The position numbers and the translations under genes are program-made. This document shows, one piece after another, positions 26,140 to 37,539 of a stretch of DNA of 64,000 nucleotides. This stretch comes from Leucoraja erinacea (lineage: Eukaryota): assembly GCF_028641065.1 (NCBI RefSeq), contig NC_073390.1, positions 12,462,001 through 12,526,000 of the forward strand. Reading direction: 5' to 3'. The notes under the pieces were generated by a model, which worked only from the letters and a program-made list of their open reading frames with translations, was not told the DNA's origin and did no database searches. The first letter of the stretch is position 1, and the number at the start of each line of letters is the position of its first letter.

Positions 26140-26654
26140 CCATGCTACAAGGCAATTTCAAATGTTTAGGCCAGGCAGATGATCAATGCTTAGAAACCAC
26201 TTGTCCAGCCAAAATGAAAGGAGAAACATGAACCATTTGACGCTGTGTCTTGAACTCTGTAACTATAAGAGGAAAGGGAAGGCAAAAATGAAATAGACAA
26301 ATAATGGAAACTGGAAGAGTAGATTGGCAACTCATTAGATTAGTGAGAATTAAGTGGGCAGATATTAAACCATTACAGCATTCTGCTGCTGCCCAGGATC
26401 AGTTTTTTCATCACTGATGCCAGTCATAACCCATGTAGGCAATAACACAGTAATACGTGACTACACGGCAAAAGGGAACTGGGAGGTAAAGAATCCCTCA
26501 CAGTCTGCGTTCTTGCACTGTGCCAAATAATAAGTGAGGATTATACAATGCAGTATCGGTGTGCCAAAACTAGGTCAAATCTGAAACCAAATAGAGATTC
26601 CCTTATATAGAAAGACTCAGATGAATATGCAAAGCTATGTGTGAAAGGAGACAC

Positions 26655-27830
26655 TGGCAGATGCCACTAAAATAAGAAGTCTCATAGACAGTGACATGGT
26701 TATCACAAATTACAGCAGGATCATGATCAGCTGGGCAGGTGGATGGAGGAATTGCTAACGGAGTTTAATTCAGATAAGTGTGAGCTATTGCTAGCCAGGA
26801 TCTTCACAGAGAATGGCATGAATAATGTGTGTTGTGGAGTGGAGGGATCTGGGAGGACAAGTACATTGTCCCCTGAAAGTGGCTTTGCATGTAGATAGTC
26901 AGGTGAAGAATGCTTTTGGCGCAGTAGTCTTCTTCAATCAGAATACTGAGCGTTGAAGTTGGAACATTACATTACAGTTGTACAAGATGTTGATGAGTCT
27001 GCACTTGGAGTATTGTGCTCTGTTTCAGTCACCCTGTTGAAGGAAAGATGACACTGCGCTGCAGAAAAGGTTTACGAAAATGTTGCCAGGACTCATGGGC
27101 TTGAGATATGATTAAATATTTCCATATCTGCCTCAATCTGGGCTCTACCATTCACTTCGAAGGTGGGTGAACTTAGGTGGGAATGAGGGCAATAGATAGG
27201 GTTACTGCACAGAGTCTTTGTCTCAAGGTAGGGGAATCAAGAACTAGAGGGCATAGGTTTAAGTTGTGAGGGGAAAGATTTAATAAGAACCTGAGGGGCA
27301 TGTCTTTCATACAGAGGGTGGTGGCTATAGGGAATGAACTGCCAGAGGAAGCAGTTTTAGTTTAGTTTTAGTTTAGAGCTACAGCGTGAAAACAGGCCCT
27401 TCGGCCCAACGAGTCCACGCCGACCACCAATCACCTGTACACTAATTCTATCCTACGCACTGGAGACAATTTACAGAAGTCAATCAACCTACAAACCTGC
27501 AAGTCTTTGGAATGTGGGAAGAAGCTGGAGTACCCGGCCAAAACCCACGCAGTCACAGGGAAACTTTGTACAGAGAGCACCCATACTCAGAATCGAACCC
27601 TGGTCTCTGGGCGCTGCAAGGCAGCAACTCTACTGCTGTACCCCTATGCTGACAACAAATAAATGGTATCATAGACAGTGGAGATGGTTATCAAGAAATA
27701 CAACAGGATCATGATCAGCTGGGCAAGTGGACGGAGGAATTGCTAATGGAGCTTAATTCAGATATAACAATATTTAATCGCGACATTTGACCGGGTATAT
27801 GGATCAGAAAGGTTTAGAGGGGTATGAGGT
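26655..27830 (+). mobile_element. Decayed CR1 interrupted by a SINE
   Basis: CR1 RT C-terminal motifs (cacttggagtattgtg, gaactagagggcatagg). Confidence 0.8.
27355..27645 (-). mobile_element. V-SINE
   Basis: (tttag)n tail, aaacaggcccttcggccc, gaatcgaaccc. Confidence 0.85.
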
Positions 27831-28422
27831 GAGAGAAATTAAAAGAAGTGGCTGGTCGAAGAAAATAGAGTAAGAGTTTTCCTTAATCGTATTTACTGCT
27901 CCCTTGCTGTGTGTCAAACCCCAAAATTATCCTCCCATTAATCAAATTAGGTGATGGACTCTACAACCATTAGGACAGTGGCGGTGTTCTTAAAGAGTTT
28001 GGAATCTCAGAATGGAGTATGGAAAGGTTAAAGATGTCCATGAATACTCCAGCCATAGACCGCACAGTCAATGTGGATGTGGCTGTGACTCTATCTGGGT
28101 CAGTTGCTTTCTGTGGGTTCCCTCTCAGGAAGCTGATCAGGTAGCTGTGATAAGACCATGGGTCCAGGCATACTCGCGGATGATGGAGTGGATAACGTCA
28201 TTCTACCGACCTTTCTGTTCAGAGAGAGCATTGTGCTCATGCATTGATGTCAGCGACACTGCCTGATTCACTTTGTACCACGGTATAGCATGCAAGCCTT
28301 GCTACAATTGATGGGTGTCCATGTCATTGCTTCGGGATTCTAGTTTGTCCAGAATTCCTTCTAAGCATCCTTGATGGCCTTGGGATGGTCACAACTAGAT
28401 TTCTAATACTGCTTTTTATCAT

Positions 28423-28620
28423 GTGTATGAATGAACTGCAGATGCTGGTTTAAACCAAAGATAGACACAAAAAGCTGGAGTAACTCAGCGGCACAGGCAA
28501 CATCTCCGGAGAGAAGTAATGGGTGGTATTTTGGGGTTTGACCCGCAATGTCATCCATTCCTTCTCTCCAGAGATGCCGCCTGTGCCGCTGATTTAGTGC
28601 AGCATTTTGTGTCTATCGCG
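28423..28620. mobile_element. Penelope-terminus-derived fold-back element
   Basis: gatagacacaaaa...cggcacaggc / gcctgtgccg...ttttgtgtctatc; imperfect flanking repeat gctttttatcat / gcttttttcat. Confidence 0.8.
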
Positions 28621-30111
28621 GCTTTTTTCATTTGATCTGGATGTTGCGGACTTGGATTTTATCTGGGAATGGACCTCACAGCTCATCCGTGGTCTCCAGT
28701 TGGGAAACATTCACATGGTCTTCTTTGGCACACATTCCTCTATACATTTGCTGATGAGGTGCATCGGCAGTGAAATACTCATTTATGTTGGTTGCAGTGA
28801 CTTTGAGTCCATCGACACAAAACAGTTATTAAGGATATCATCTGTGTGCTCAGACCAGCACTATAATGACTTACTGTACTGGATCCACCTAATTCAGTTG
28901 GTGCTTGTAAGCAAGGAGTAGTAGAAGCACAGCAGATGGTCAGATTTGATGAAATGCAATCAGGGCATGGACCGGTAGATGTCTGTGATGATTGTGTAGA
29001 AGTGGTCAAGGGTGCTGGGCCTCTGGTGGGACTCGAAATGTGCTGATAGTCTTGTTTTAGTGCGCTCTTGAGATTGGCCTAGTTGCAGCCCCTGGTTATT
29101 ATGAACAAAGCCAGGGGAGTAATTCATTTCAAGGTTATTGCAGCATTGTGTAGTTCATCCAGTGGAAGCTTTGCAGCAGCATCAATAGGAGAATGCTGGC
29201 AGGACAGCCTAAGTTTATTCCCATGGCAGGTAGAGAGGATGGCACGTCACCATTAAATATTTCAGATCTGGGGACCCGGAGCTCACCAGGACCACCACAT
29301 CCAAGCACAATGAGGAGTTGATTAGGAAGCAGATGCCTCCTCCCAAACCTTACCCGAGGATAGATACCATATGGTGCATCTGAAAATCCCAGCAAATGAT
29401 CTTTCTATCTAGCATCCAGTGAAATTGTGAATATACCCACATGTGGCATTCACTCAGGCAAACAACTGTGTTTTTAGTTGGTACTGGTTGTGCCGAGTGG
29501 CCACATAATATTGCTCTGCAATGCCTTGTGTGTGCTGGCAATAGATAACATCCGTGCCTGTTTTATTTTATTGTAGCAAGTGGAACATCTCAATTAAATG
29601 GTCCTTTATTTAAATGCGCAGACTAAGTGGAATGTGTATTGACTTTGGCAGCTGTGTGGAAGCCATTAAGTCTACTCTGTCTTCTGAAATGGAATAAGTC
29701 TCACTGAAAGCATGCATGAGGATGGCCAAGCTTGGAGTTATATTTTGATGGATTGTTTATTTTCAGTGCAACTTTCCTTTTATTGGATTCAAACTTGGGG
29801 CATATTAACAGGAATCCAGGATTCATATCCAATACTGCAGCCAACCACTACTGAATATTTGTTTTCAATGTAATGGTGAAAGGGCAAGCTTGATCCTTGT
29901 TCCTAAGAGTGAAGAATTATTAAAGCACGATTCACAAACAAAAAGATGGTAAGTTGAATTGTACATATCTAAGAAAGCACACCTAGTTTACAACGTATCA
30001 GATAGGAAAAGAACGGTTATGAACATCCATGTTTTCTCATCTAATATTCCTCTCTTTAAGGCACTAGGATGGTGCCTTTTAACTCAAGTACAATAATGAA
30101 AAGTCCTCCCT

Positions 30112-30530
30112 TTTAGTTTAGTTCAGTTTAGAGATACAGCCTGGAAAAAGGCTCTTTGGCCCACCAGTCACCCCTTAACACTTGTTCTGTGTAATCTCTC
30201 TTTCTCATCCACTCTCTACACATTAATGGCAATTTCCTGAGCCCAATTAACTATAATGGAGTAAGTCAATGGGTCGGGGAGCATCTCCGGTGTAAAGGAA
30301 TAGGTGAGCTCTGGGTAGACACCCTTCTTCAGACTGAAATTCAAGGGAAAGGGTCGTTGTTCCTTCCCACACACTAACCATAAACCCGCACATATTTGCA
30401 ATGTGGGAGGAAGCCAGAGCACCCAGAGGACATTTTGTGGTCACAAAGAGAGCACGCAACAGGTCAGGATCGAACCTGGGTCTCTGGCGCTGTGAGGCAG
30501 CAGCTCTACCCGCTGCGCCACTGTGCACCC
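30112..30530 (-). mobile_element. V-SINE interrupted by a Penelope-terminus fragment (~30255-30340)
   Basis: SINE head caggatcgaacctggg and tail (tttag)n; insert ends acccttcttcagactga. Confidence 0.75.
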
Positions 30531-31334
30531 ATTTTTCCCCGCAAATATATTCAACGTCACATCGAGTGGTGGAGGGCATAGACACAAAAGTTATTTCTAG
30601 AAAGCAAGGAGGGAGAAGGCACGTGTGATGTTGAGGGTGAGAACTGCACCCAGATGTGAAGGGGAAAACAAAAATCAAAACCGACTCACATCCCAGATGC
30701 TTTCCTGGATCTCTGGGGTTGTTGTTTCAACTCTGGCAGGAAGCTGCCTGGTCTCCTGCTGTCATACACGAAGCATTCTACGCGTTGTGCAAAAGGCAGA
30801 GGGAGATGAAAGGAGGGAATAAAAGTATCAGCGAGAAAAAGACAAAGATAAATGTTTTCAGTTCCTTACTGAAGTGTGAATTTGGAATAATTCACAGCTC
30901 AAGGCTTTTTTGTTCTGATCGGCTGATTGCCTTCGGGTTCACTGAACTGAGCAGTCATTTGCAAGAAGCATATTGCAAAGAGCAAGGAATCCACCAACAC
31001 AAGATATTAAAAAATAAAGGACATTTTAGCCTTCTGGCTTTTAAGGGAAAGGGCGTATATTCCCTGAGGAATCGAGGACTCTCTGATCGGAATCTAGCTG
31101 ACACTGCATTAGAGATCGGCAGCTGCAGCATCAACTTAAATGTCCTTTTGAAAGCATAACATGGACTAAAATTGTAATTAACTCAAGGAAGGACAGTAAT
31201 AGAATTGCACAGATCATAACATGGACTGTGGTCTTTGTTAAGATATCTCGTAAATGTACAAATAAAATGCCATTTACTTTGAAGGGTAAAAAAAAAGATC
31301 ATCTTTGGCAGCGCCAGCCTGACGCTGATCCGGG

Positions 31335-31355
31335 GTTGCTGTCCATGGTACTACA
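31335..31355 (-). promoter_or_regulatory. RE1/NRSE-like (REST) site
   Basis: Minus strand TGTAGTACCATGGACAGCAAC vs consensus TTCAGCACCACGGACAGCGCC (15/21). ACCANGGACAGC core and spacing intact. Lies upstream of a neuronal gene. Confidence 0.55.
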
Positions 31356-31681
31356 AATTGGGAGCAGTCTCAAAACTTCAACTGTCGTTCAATGTTAGCT
31401 GCGGGAGAAAAACGATGCCGGGAAAGTAGCATTTCACAATGAGCGATCGGGGGGGCACCCCTGGGGTTACCAGGAGTAAACCAACCAGTTTGGACAAAAT
31501 TAAATTAATCTCCATCCCTATCACATTGCATTCCATATCCCTACAGTTGATTAATCTATCTGGAGCATAAGTTCACATCGTTCCAAATGTGGCAGGGGAA
31601 AAAAAGACCTGATGGAAGGGTGATATTATGTATTGAATGCCTTGTCTGGGTTTAAGTGGCTGCTCATTTCACAGGGATGTT

Positions 31682-31717
31682 GTCACGTGGCTGAATTCAC
31701 CTAGACGTGTCACGTGA
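31682..31717. promoter_or_regulatory. Tandem GTCACGTG E-boxes (USF/MiT-TFE/bHLH-PAS type)
   Basis: CACGTG at 31684-31689 and 31711-31716, each preceded by GT. Confidence 0.45.
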
Positions 31718-32237
31718 GAGCGATGTGCTTCAGTGAAAGGTTCACTTGGGCTATTTTCCTAGCTGTAGGGGAGAAGGCAAGGAGTGCCACGCCGTGGAAT
31801 TGTTTTTACTTCTGTGTCACCCAGTGCACTAATCAGAGGACTGTTGTGGGGAGGAGAGGGGAGGCGAGATGCTGCCTAGACAGCAGTCTCTAATGAGGAT
31901 CGAGACCCCGGGGAGCTGGAAATTGAAAGCAGAGTGAGCTTGCTTTGCTGCCTTCTCCGGCACCACAGGCACTGTGTCCCTACCCCATCACCGATGGGTC
32001 TAGCCAAACGCTGTCCAGAGTGCTGGCATGTTGATTGCATGGTCAGTAAATACCTACAGACTGCACTCAGATCCAGACAGGGCTGCTATTTTTACCAGAA
32101 GGTAGGCGCCTATGGTGACTGTTGATTTACCATTCGGAATCCTTTGATTAATCCGCATTGAGTTGCAGAGACTGAGGCAACTGAGGGACTGTAAGCCTGC
32201 CAGTACTTATTGAGAAGAGTTGGGTTAGGGTGGGGGG

Positions 32238-32270
32238 GGGAAGGGAAGGGAAGGGAAGGGAAGGGAAGGA
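32238..32270. repeat. (GGGAA)n simple repeat
   Basis: About 6 units seen directly. Confidence 0.9.
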
Positions 32271-33053
32271 GGTGGTGGTGGCTGGTGGTTGTGGGTAAGG
32301 ATGGGGGAGGAGAAATGATGCCACAAGACAGAATGCATAGGACCTGCTGAATTTAAAAGGGAGAATGAGGAGGACGGGAAAGCGTCTCCCTGCTCCAGGA
32401 GGAAGCCATTAGGAAATGCTGTCCTGTATTTGTTATTCTCATCTCATTTTGCCAAGCTGAAACACCGTGTGCAGATGAAGCTTGGTGGTGAACTGGAGGT
32501 GATTGCATTAGGGCAGCGCCGTTTCCTTCGATGCTTTAAAGTGGGTGATACAGATCCAGCCGTCTCTTCACTGCACTAATAAGCAGGGTATAATTTACAG
32601 ACGGGCTCCCCCCTTTGGTCTCTCTTATGGATGTGGATAAGAGGATGGCAGCACCTGTTCTTAATCTGAGCTAAATCCAACAACAAAGAACCCAAGGACA
32701 ATTTGGTGCTGGATAAGCAAGCTAGACGGGGGACAAAATCAACTTGACAATTCCCTGCGTTTTATTTTCTCTCGCTGTGTACTACGGGAATTGGGAAGAC
32801 TTACAGCGCTCGCACAATGTGCTGCATGGAAAGATTGATTTGAAAAGTGTTTTTGAGTAGTCACCACATATATGATACTGGGGGAAGAAAATCCTTCAAA
32901 CTGTATGCTGTGATCGACAGGAAAGGAGAAAGGCTCTCTCCAAAAGTTGATTCGTTTAATGTAAATGTGACAGTCTCAGGTCTCATAACTGCTTTCATAT
33001 CTCAGCGCATGTGGGTACGTTTGCTGATAATTTTTTTCTCTCCACGTTGTCGG

Positions 33054-33170
33054 TGTGTGTTTTTGTGCATTCGTGTGTGTGTGTGTGTGTGTGTATTCGT
33101 GTGTGCATTTGCATGTTTTTTAGAGAGAGGGAGAGATTGAAAGAGAGAGATAGTGTGTGAGAGAGAGAGT
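33054..33170. repeat. (GT)n/(GA)n compound microsatellite
   Basis: Seen directly. Confidence 0.85.
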
Positions 33171-34567
33171 AATGGGTTCTTGTCAGATTTATATTAACTG
33201 TTATGAGGGCTGTATCGGCATCTCAGTACTAAAGTAAAAGACTGACATGGATCAAGGTCATTATTACACAGCTGGTTTCATGCATTATATCAATTCTGTT
33301 GCTTCCCAATAGGTTTAATCTTAACCATGTATCATTTGCTTTAATTCATTGCTAAAAGTCAAATATGTCAAGAAGCAAACCTGTATGAGTGTGTGCCATT
33401 AAATCAAAAATGGTCCTTCAGTGCTCAGAAGGTTAAGTGAAATCAATTCTCCTTGCTAACTAGTGACAAGCTCTATAGATTTTATAAGGATGCCAGACTA
33501 AAACATCAAACCAAAGTAATTTCTTAATTAAAGCTATCACTATATTCTGTCTTCAAAGGCCACTCTTTACTAATCAGCTATTTAAAAAAAAATTAATTGT
33601 TCATTTTGATCGGCGAAGTGAAAACAGTGCATTCCCACATAGTTTATTAATCATTAATGTCTAGATCATGGTAAAGGCAGGCAATTTTCAACAAGCTCTG
33701 CAACTTTGCACGGAAATCATTTGTTACACATTCAGCCAGGTGCTCTGCCCATCAGTGAAATGGGATGGCAGTCAGTGGTGCTCTATGTTGTACAACCTTA
33801 AACGCAATCCTGACATTTGCTGCAGAACCCATTTTGTTTGCAGTGTTCAGTTTAGTTTACAGCCATTATTGCACGCCACGTGAAAGCATGCCTACTTTTG
33901 AGTTTATTTTAAACATATCCTTGCCTAATTTTGTGACTGCACAAGAGAGTGGACCTGTGGTCAATAGCTCCCTCAAACACACACTAGAAGCTGCCTGTTC
34001 ATATATCCGTAATCACCCGTTGTAAATGTCCAACAGTTCAATTGACTCTTATTATCTTCTGGTCTTTATTATTTTGTACCGCCATGTCTATCAGGAACTA
34101 TGAACACAATTCCAAAGGGACAGCGTGATTGCACAACTTCTAAATTGTTACTTTGCCCATCTTGGTTATCATCTAAGACAATGGACAACAAAGGGTGATC
34201 AGATGGGCTTCCAACAGTGCTTCGCAGGGTCCCTTTCAGATTCAAAGAAAAATTTAGTGAATTCCTGTCTGAGTTTGGAATATGATTCTGATGTCAGCTA
34301 GGTGCAGAGGTAATATATTCTGATCTACCTGTGACAAAATATACCCAAAGTTCAGATATATGCTCACTGCAACTCGATGTCAGTCGACCATTTATGTAGT
34401 ATCACGTCCAGTGCACCTACACTTCCACAACTGACTGTGAAAATAAATCCTTTAGGCAAATGGCAGAATATTTGGCTTTACCGAGGATAGCGTTGCTGAA
34501 TTATTTGAACACACTTGCTGTTTCTGCATCACAGGCTGAGCTCGTCCCCTTATCGGCTGATTTCTGA

Positions 34568-34777
<210 letters not shown>

Positions 34778-35464
34778 TAAGTCTTGGAATCCATTTGGCT
34801 TGACCGACTGCAAAAAGAATGGTGTTCCAATATCAAAGATATTCGTGAAATGATGGTACATGATGCTCGCAGTATGTCAAAGGATGTGCTGTATTATCAG
34901 GACAGGAACATTACACCAATTGACACATAACATAATGTTCTGTGGCTGATGAGAAATTTTGTGTAATGGGTCCGTCCCTTTAAGGCCACAAGGTCTAATT
35001 GTCATAAATAGTCATATTATAAGGTCAACTAGAGGTTGATTTCTGTATGATTAATTTGCATGCAATTGGCTGTCATTTGGCAGTGCTTTTGTTAATCAAT
35101 GGCTCTTTCCAATGCCAGAAGAATCTGACAGAAAGTGACTAGCAAATAATTGATTTTAAGATTGTTTTAATCTGTAACTAAGTGTGATATTCTAAATATG
35201 ACAGTCACAGCTGTATGCTCAATGCACGAGTTATTTATAATGTGCCGTATTTATATGTAATATGAAAGTGGCTCTGTGAGACCAGTGTGCCACAGGTGCA
35301 AATCAGGGCAGGAAAATGGTCTCTCCTGCATAAAGAACATTTCTGCCTCCACCGGTGATATTAACGTTTAATTATGCTATTCTGAAAAATACTTTGTGAA
35401 TAGAAGTTATTGTACCTTAGATGTGTTGCACTGATGATTGGGTCTGGTAGTAAGTGGGTAATTG

Positions 35465-36122
35465 GATAGTAAGGAAGGCAAACGCAATGCTAACATTTAT
35501 TTCAAGAGGGCTAGAGTACAAAGATATGGATGTAATGCTGAGGCGCTATAAGGCGCTGGTCAAGCCGCATTTGGAGTATTGTGAGCATTTTTTGGGCACC
35601 ATATCCGAGGAAAGATGTGCTGGCTCTGGAGAGGGTCCAGAGGAGGTTTACAACAATGATCCCAGGATTGAGTTGGTTAACAAATGATGAGCGTTTGATG
35701 GCACTGGGCCTATAATCACTGGAGTTTAGAAGGATGAAAGGGTACCTCATTGAAACTTACACAACAGTGAAAGGTTTGGATAGCGTGGATGTGGAGAGGA
35801 TGTTTCTACTAGTGGGAGAATCAGCGCTGGAGGTCATAGCCGCAAAATTAAAGGACGTTCCTTTAGGAAAATGAGGAGGAATTTCTTTAGTCGGAGGGTG
35901 GTGAATCTGTGGAATTCTTTGCCACAGAAGCCTGTGGAGGCCAGGTCAATTGATATTTTTAAGGCAGAGATACATAGATTCTTGATTAGTAAGGGTGTCA
36001 GGGGTTATGGGAAGAAGGGCAGGAGAATGGGGTTAGGAGGGAGAGATAGATCAGCCATGATTGAATGGCGGAATAGACTTGATGGGCCAAATGACCTAAT
36101 TCTGCTCCTATCACTTATGACC
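35465..36122 (+). mobile_element. CR1 3' fragment
   Basis: KANAMLTFISRGLEYK, LVKPHLEYC, FFSRRVVNLWNSLP. Confidence 0.9.
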
Positions 36123-36794
36123 TTGTCTGAGTGTAGCAATAATTGTGACCTAATGTTCTTGTTGTACTAGTGTGGGTGAATCTAAACCACCCCATGCCAC
36201 CATTTGAAGTAAAGCAGTGAAGAAACCGCCACCCAAAACAGGATGCACCCGCTGTTGCAAAAGCACAATCAACCAATACCATCAAAAACTGATTAAGTGT
36301 TCATTCATCTCACCTGCTGCACATGGAACCATATTGCACTTTGATGGGCTGCCAAATCTCCCTTCAAAACTGTGGCAGCTACATTGCAAGAACATGTTGC
36401 AGCAGGTGAAAGGTTTCTGGAGTTTTCCAAGTGAAGTGAATGACATAATTATCCAGTGTACAAAGACTGATATTCTAGCAGGTGGCATCAAACAGCGATC
36501 TCTGTTAGCTCGCTTTGCGCCTTTGTCTTTCAGCTCAAAAAAAGAATGTTTTGCTCTGTGAGGTGATGGAAGCACAAGCTGAGAGTGGTGACTCGGCAAG
36601 CGTAAGGAGCAGCATTCTGTCACAATATCACGGGATTACATTATGGCCAAAATGCAGAGGGGAACACGGGGAACAATACCAAATGCATGTTAGGGTGGAG
36701 AATGAGGGCGGGAATTTGAACTCCACTGCACAATTAATATTTAATGTACCCATTTCACATTCCATTCTGCAAATTTGAATACTCCGTGCGTTGG

Positions 36795-37099
36795 TAGTTT
36801 TGTTTAGAGATACAGTGCGGAAACAGGCCCTTTGGCCCATCTAGTTCACACCGACCAGCGATCCCCATGCACTTACACTGTCCTACACACACTGCGTCAT
36901 TCACATTTATACCAAGCCAATAAACCTACAAGCCTGTACGTCTTTTGATTGTGGGAGGAAACCGAAGATCTCGGAGCAAACCCACGCATGTCATGGGGAG
37001 AACCCACAAACTCCATACAGGCAGCCCCCTTAGTCAGGATTGAACACGGGTCACTGGTGCTGTAAGGCAGTAGCTCCACCACTGTGCCACCGTGCCGCC
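36795..37099 (-). mobile_element. V-SINE
   Basis: Full head (gccaccgtgccgcc) to tail. Confidence 0.88.
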
Positions 37100-37229
37100 G
37101 TTGACAAAAGGCAACCGCAGATTATGAGATGCCAAAGGCATCATGAAGGCTTTTCAGTTGGAACTTGATGAGGAACACACCACCGCTGCTGTAGGCCGCA
37201 CAGAGCAGGTCACGACCTCTGACATCTAC

Positions 37230-37530
37230 ACTCTGTTGCCTCCATCTCACCCCAAGCCTCTGTCGTTAACTCTACCCATCTGCCAATTGTTCCCCTCACC
37301 TGTAATCACCTACCACTTGCCTGGCTTTGCCTCACCTCTACCTCCCTTTTGCAGCTCCTCTAATTTTCAACCTTACCCCCCCCCACCCCCCACCCCCGCT
37401 CCATTACTCTGAAGAAGAGCCCCAAGCCAAAATGTTGTCTGTCCATTTCCCTCCTCAGATGTTGCTTGACCTGCTAAGTTCCCCCAGCAGTTTTTTGTTT
37501 TACTTGTGATTCCAGCATCTGCAGTCTCTT
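37230..37530 (+). repeat. Old Penelope tail with decayed hammerhead motif
   Basis: ctctgaagaagagc...aaatgttg; ccagcatctgcagt end. Confidence 0.6.
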
Positions 37531-37539
37531 CTGTGTTAA

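Larger units (their letters stand above)
31300..33014 (+). promoter_or_regulatory. Candidate NYAP2 promoter / non-coding 5' exon region
   Basis: Transposon-free, relatively CpG-retaining block upstream of the first coding exon. Contains E-boxes and an RE1-like site. Candidate donor GG|GTACGT at 33015. TSS cannot be determined from sequence. Confidence 0.5.

Noticed and set aside
30656-31159. 167-aa ORF upstream of NYAP2
   Set aside because: No recognisable homology, non-ATG start, no supporting splice context.
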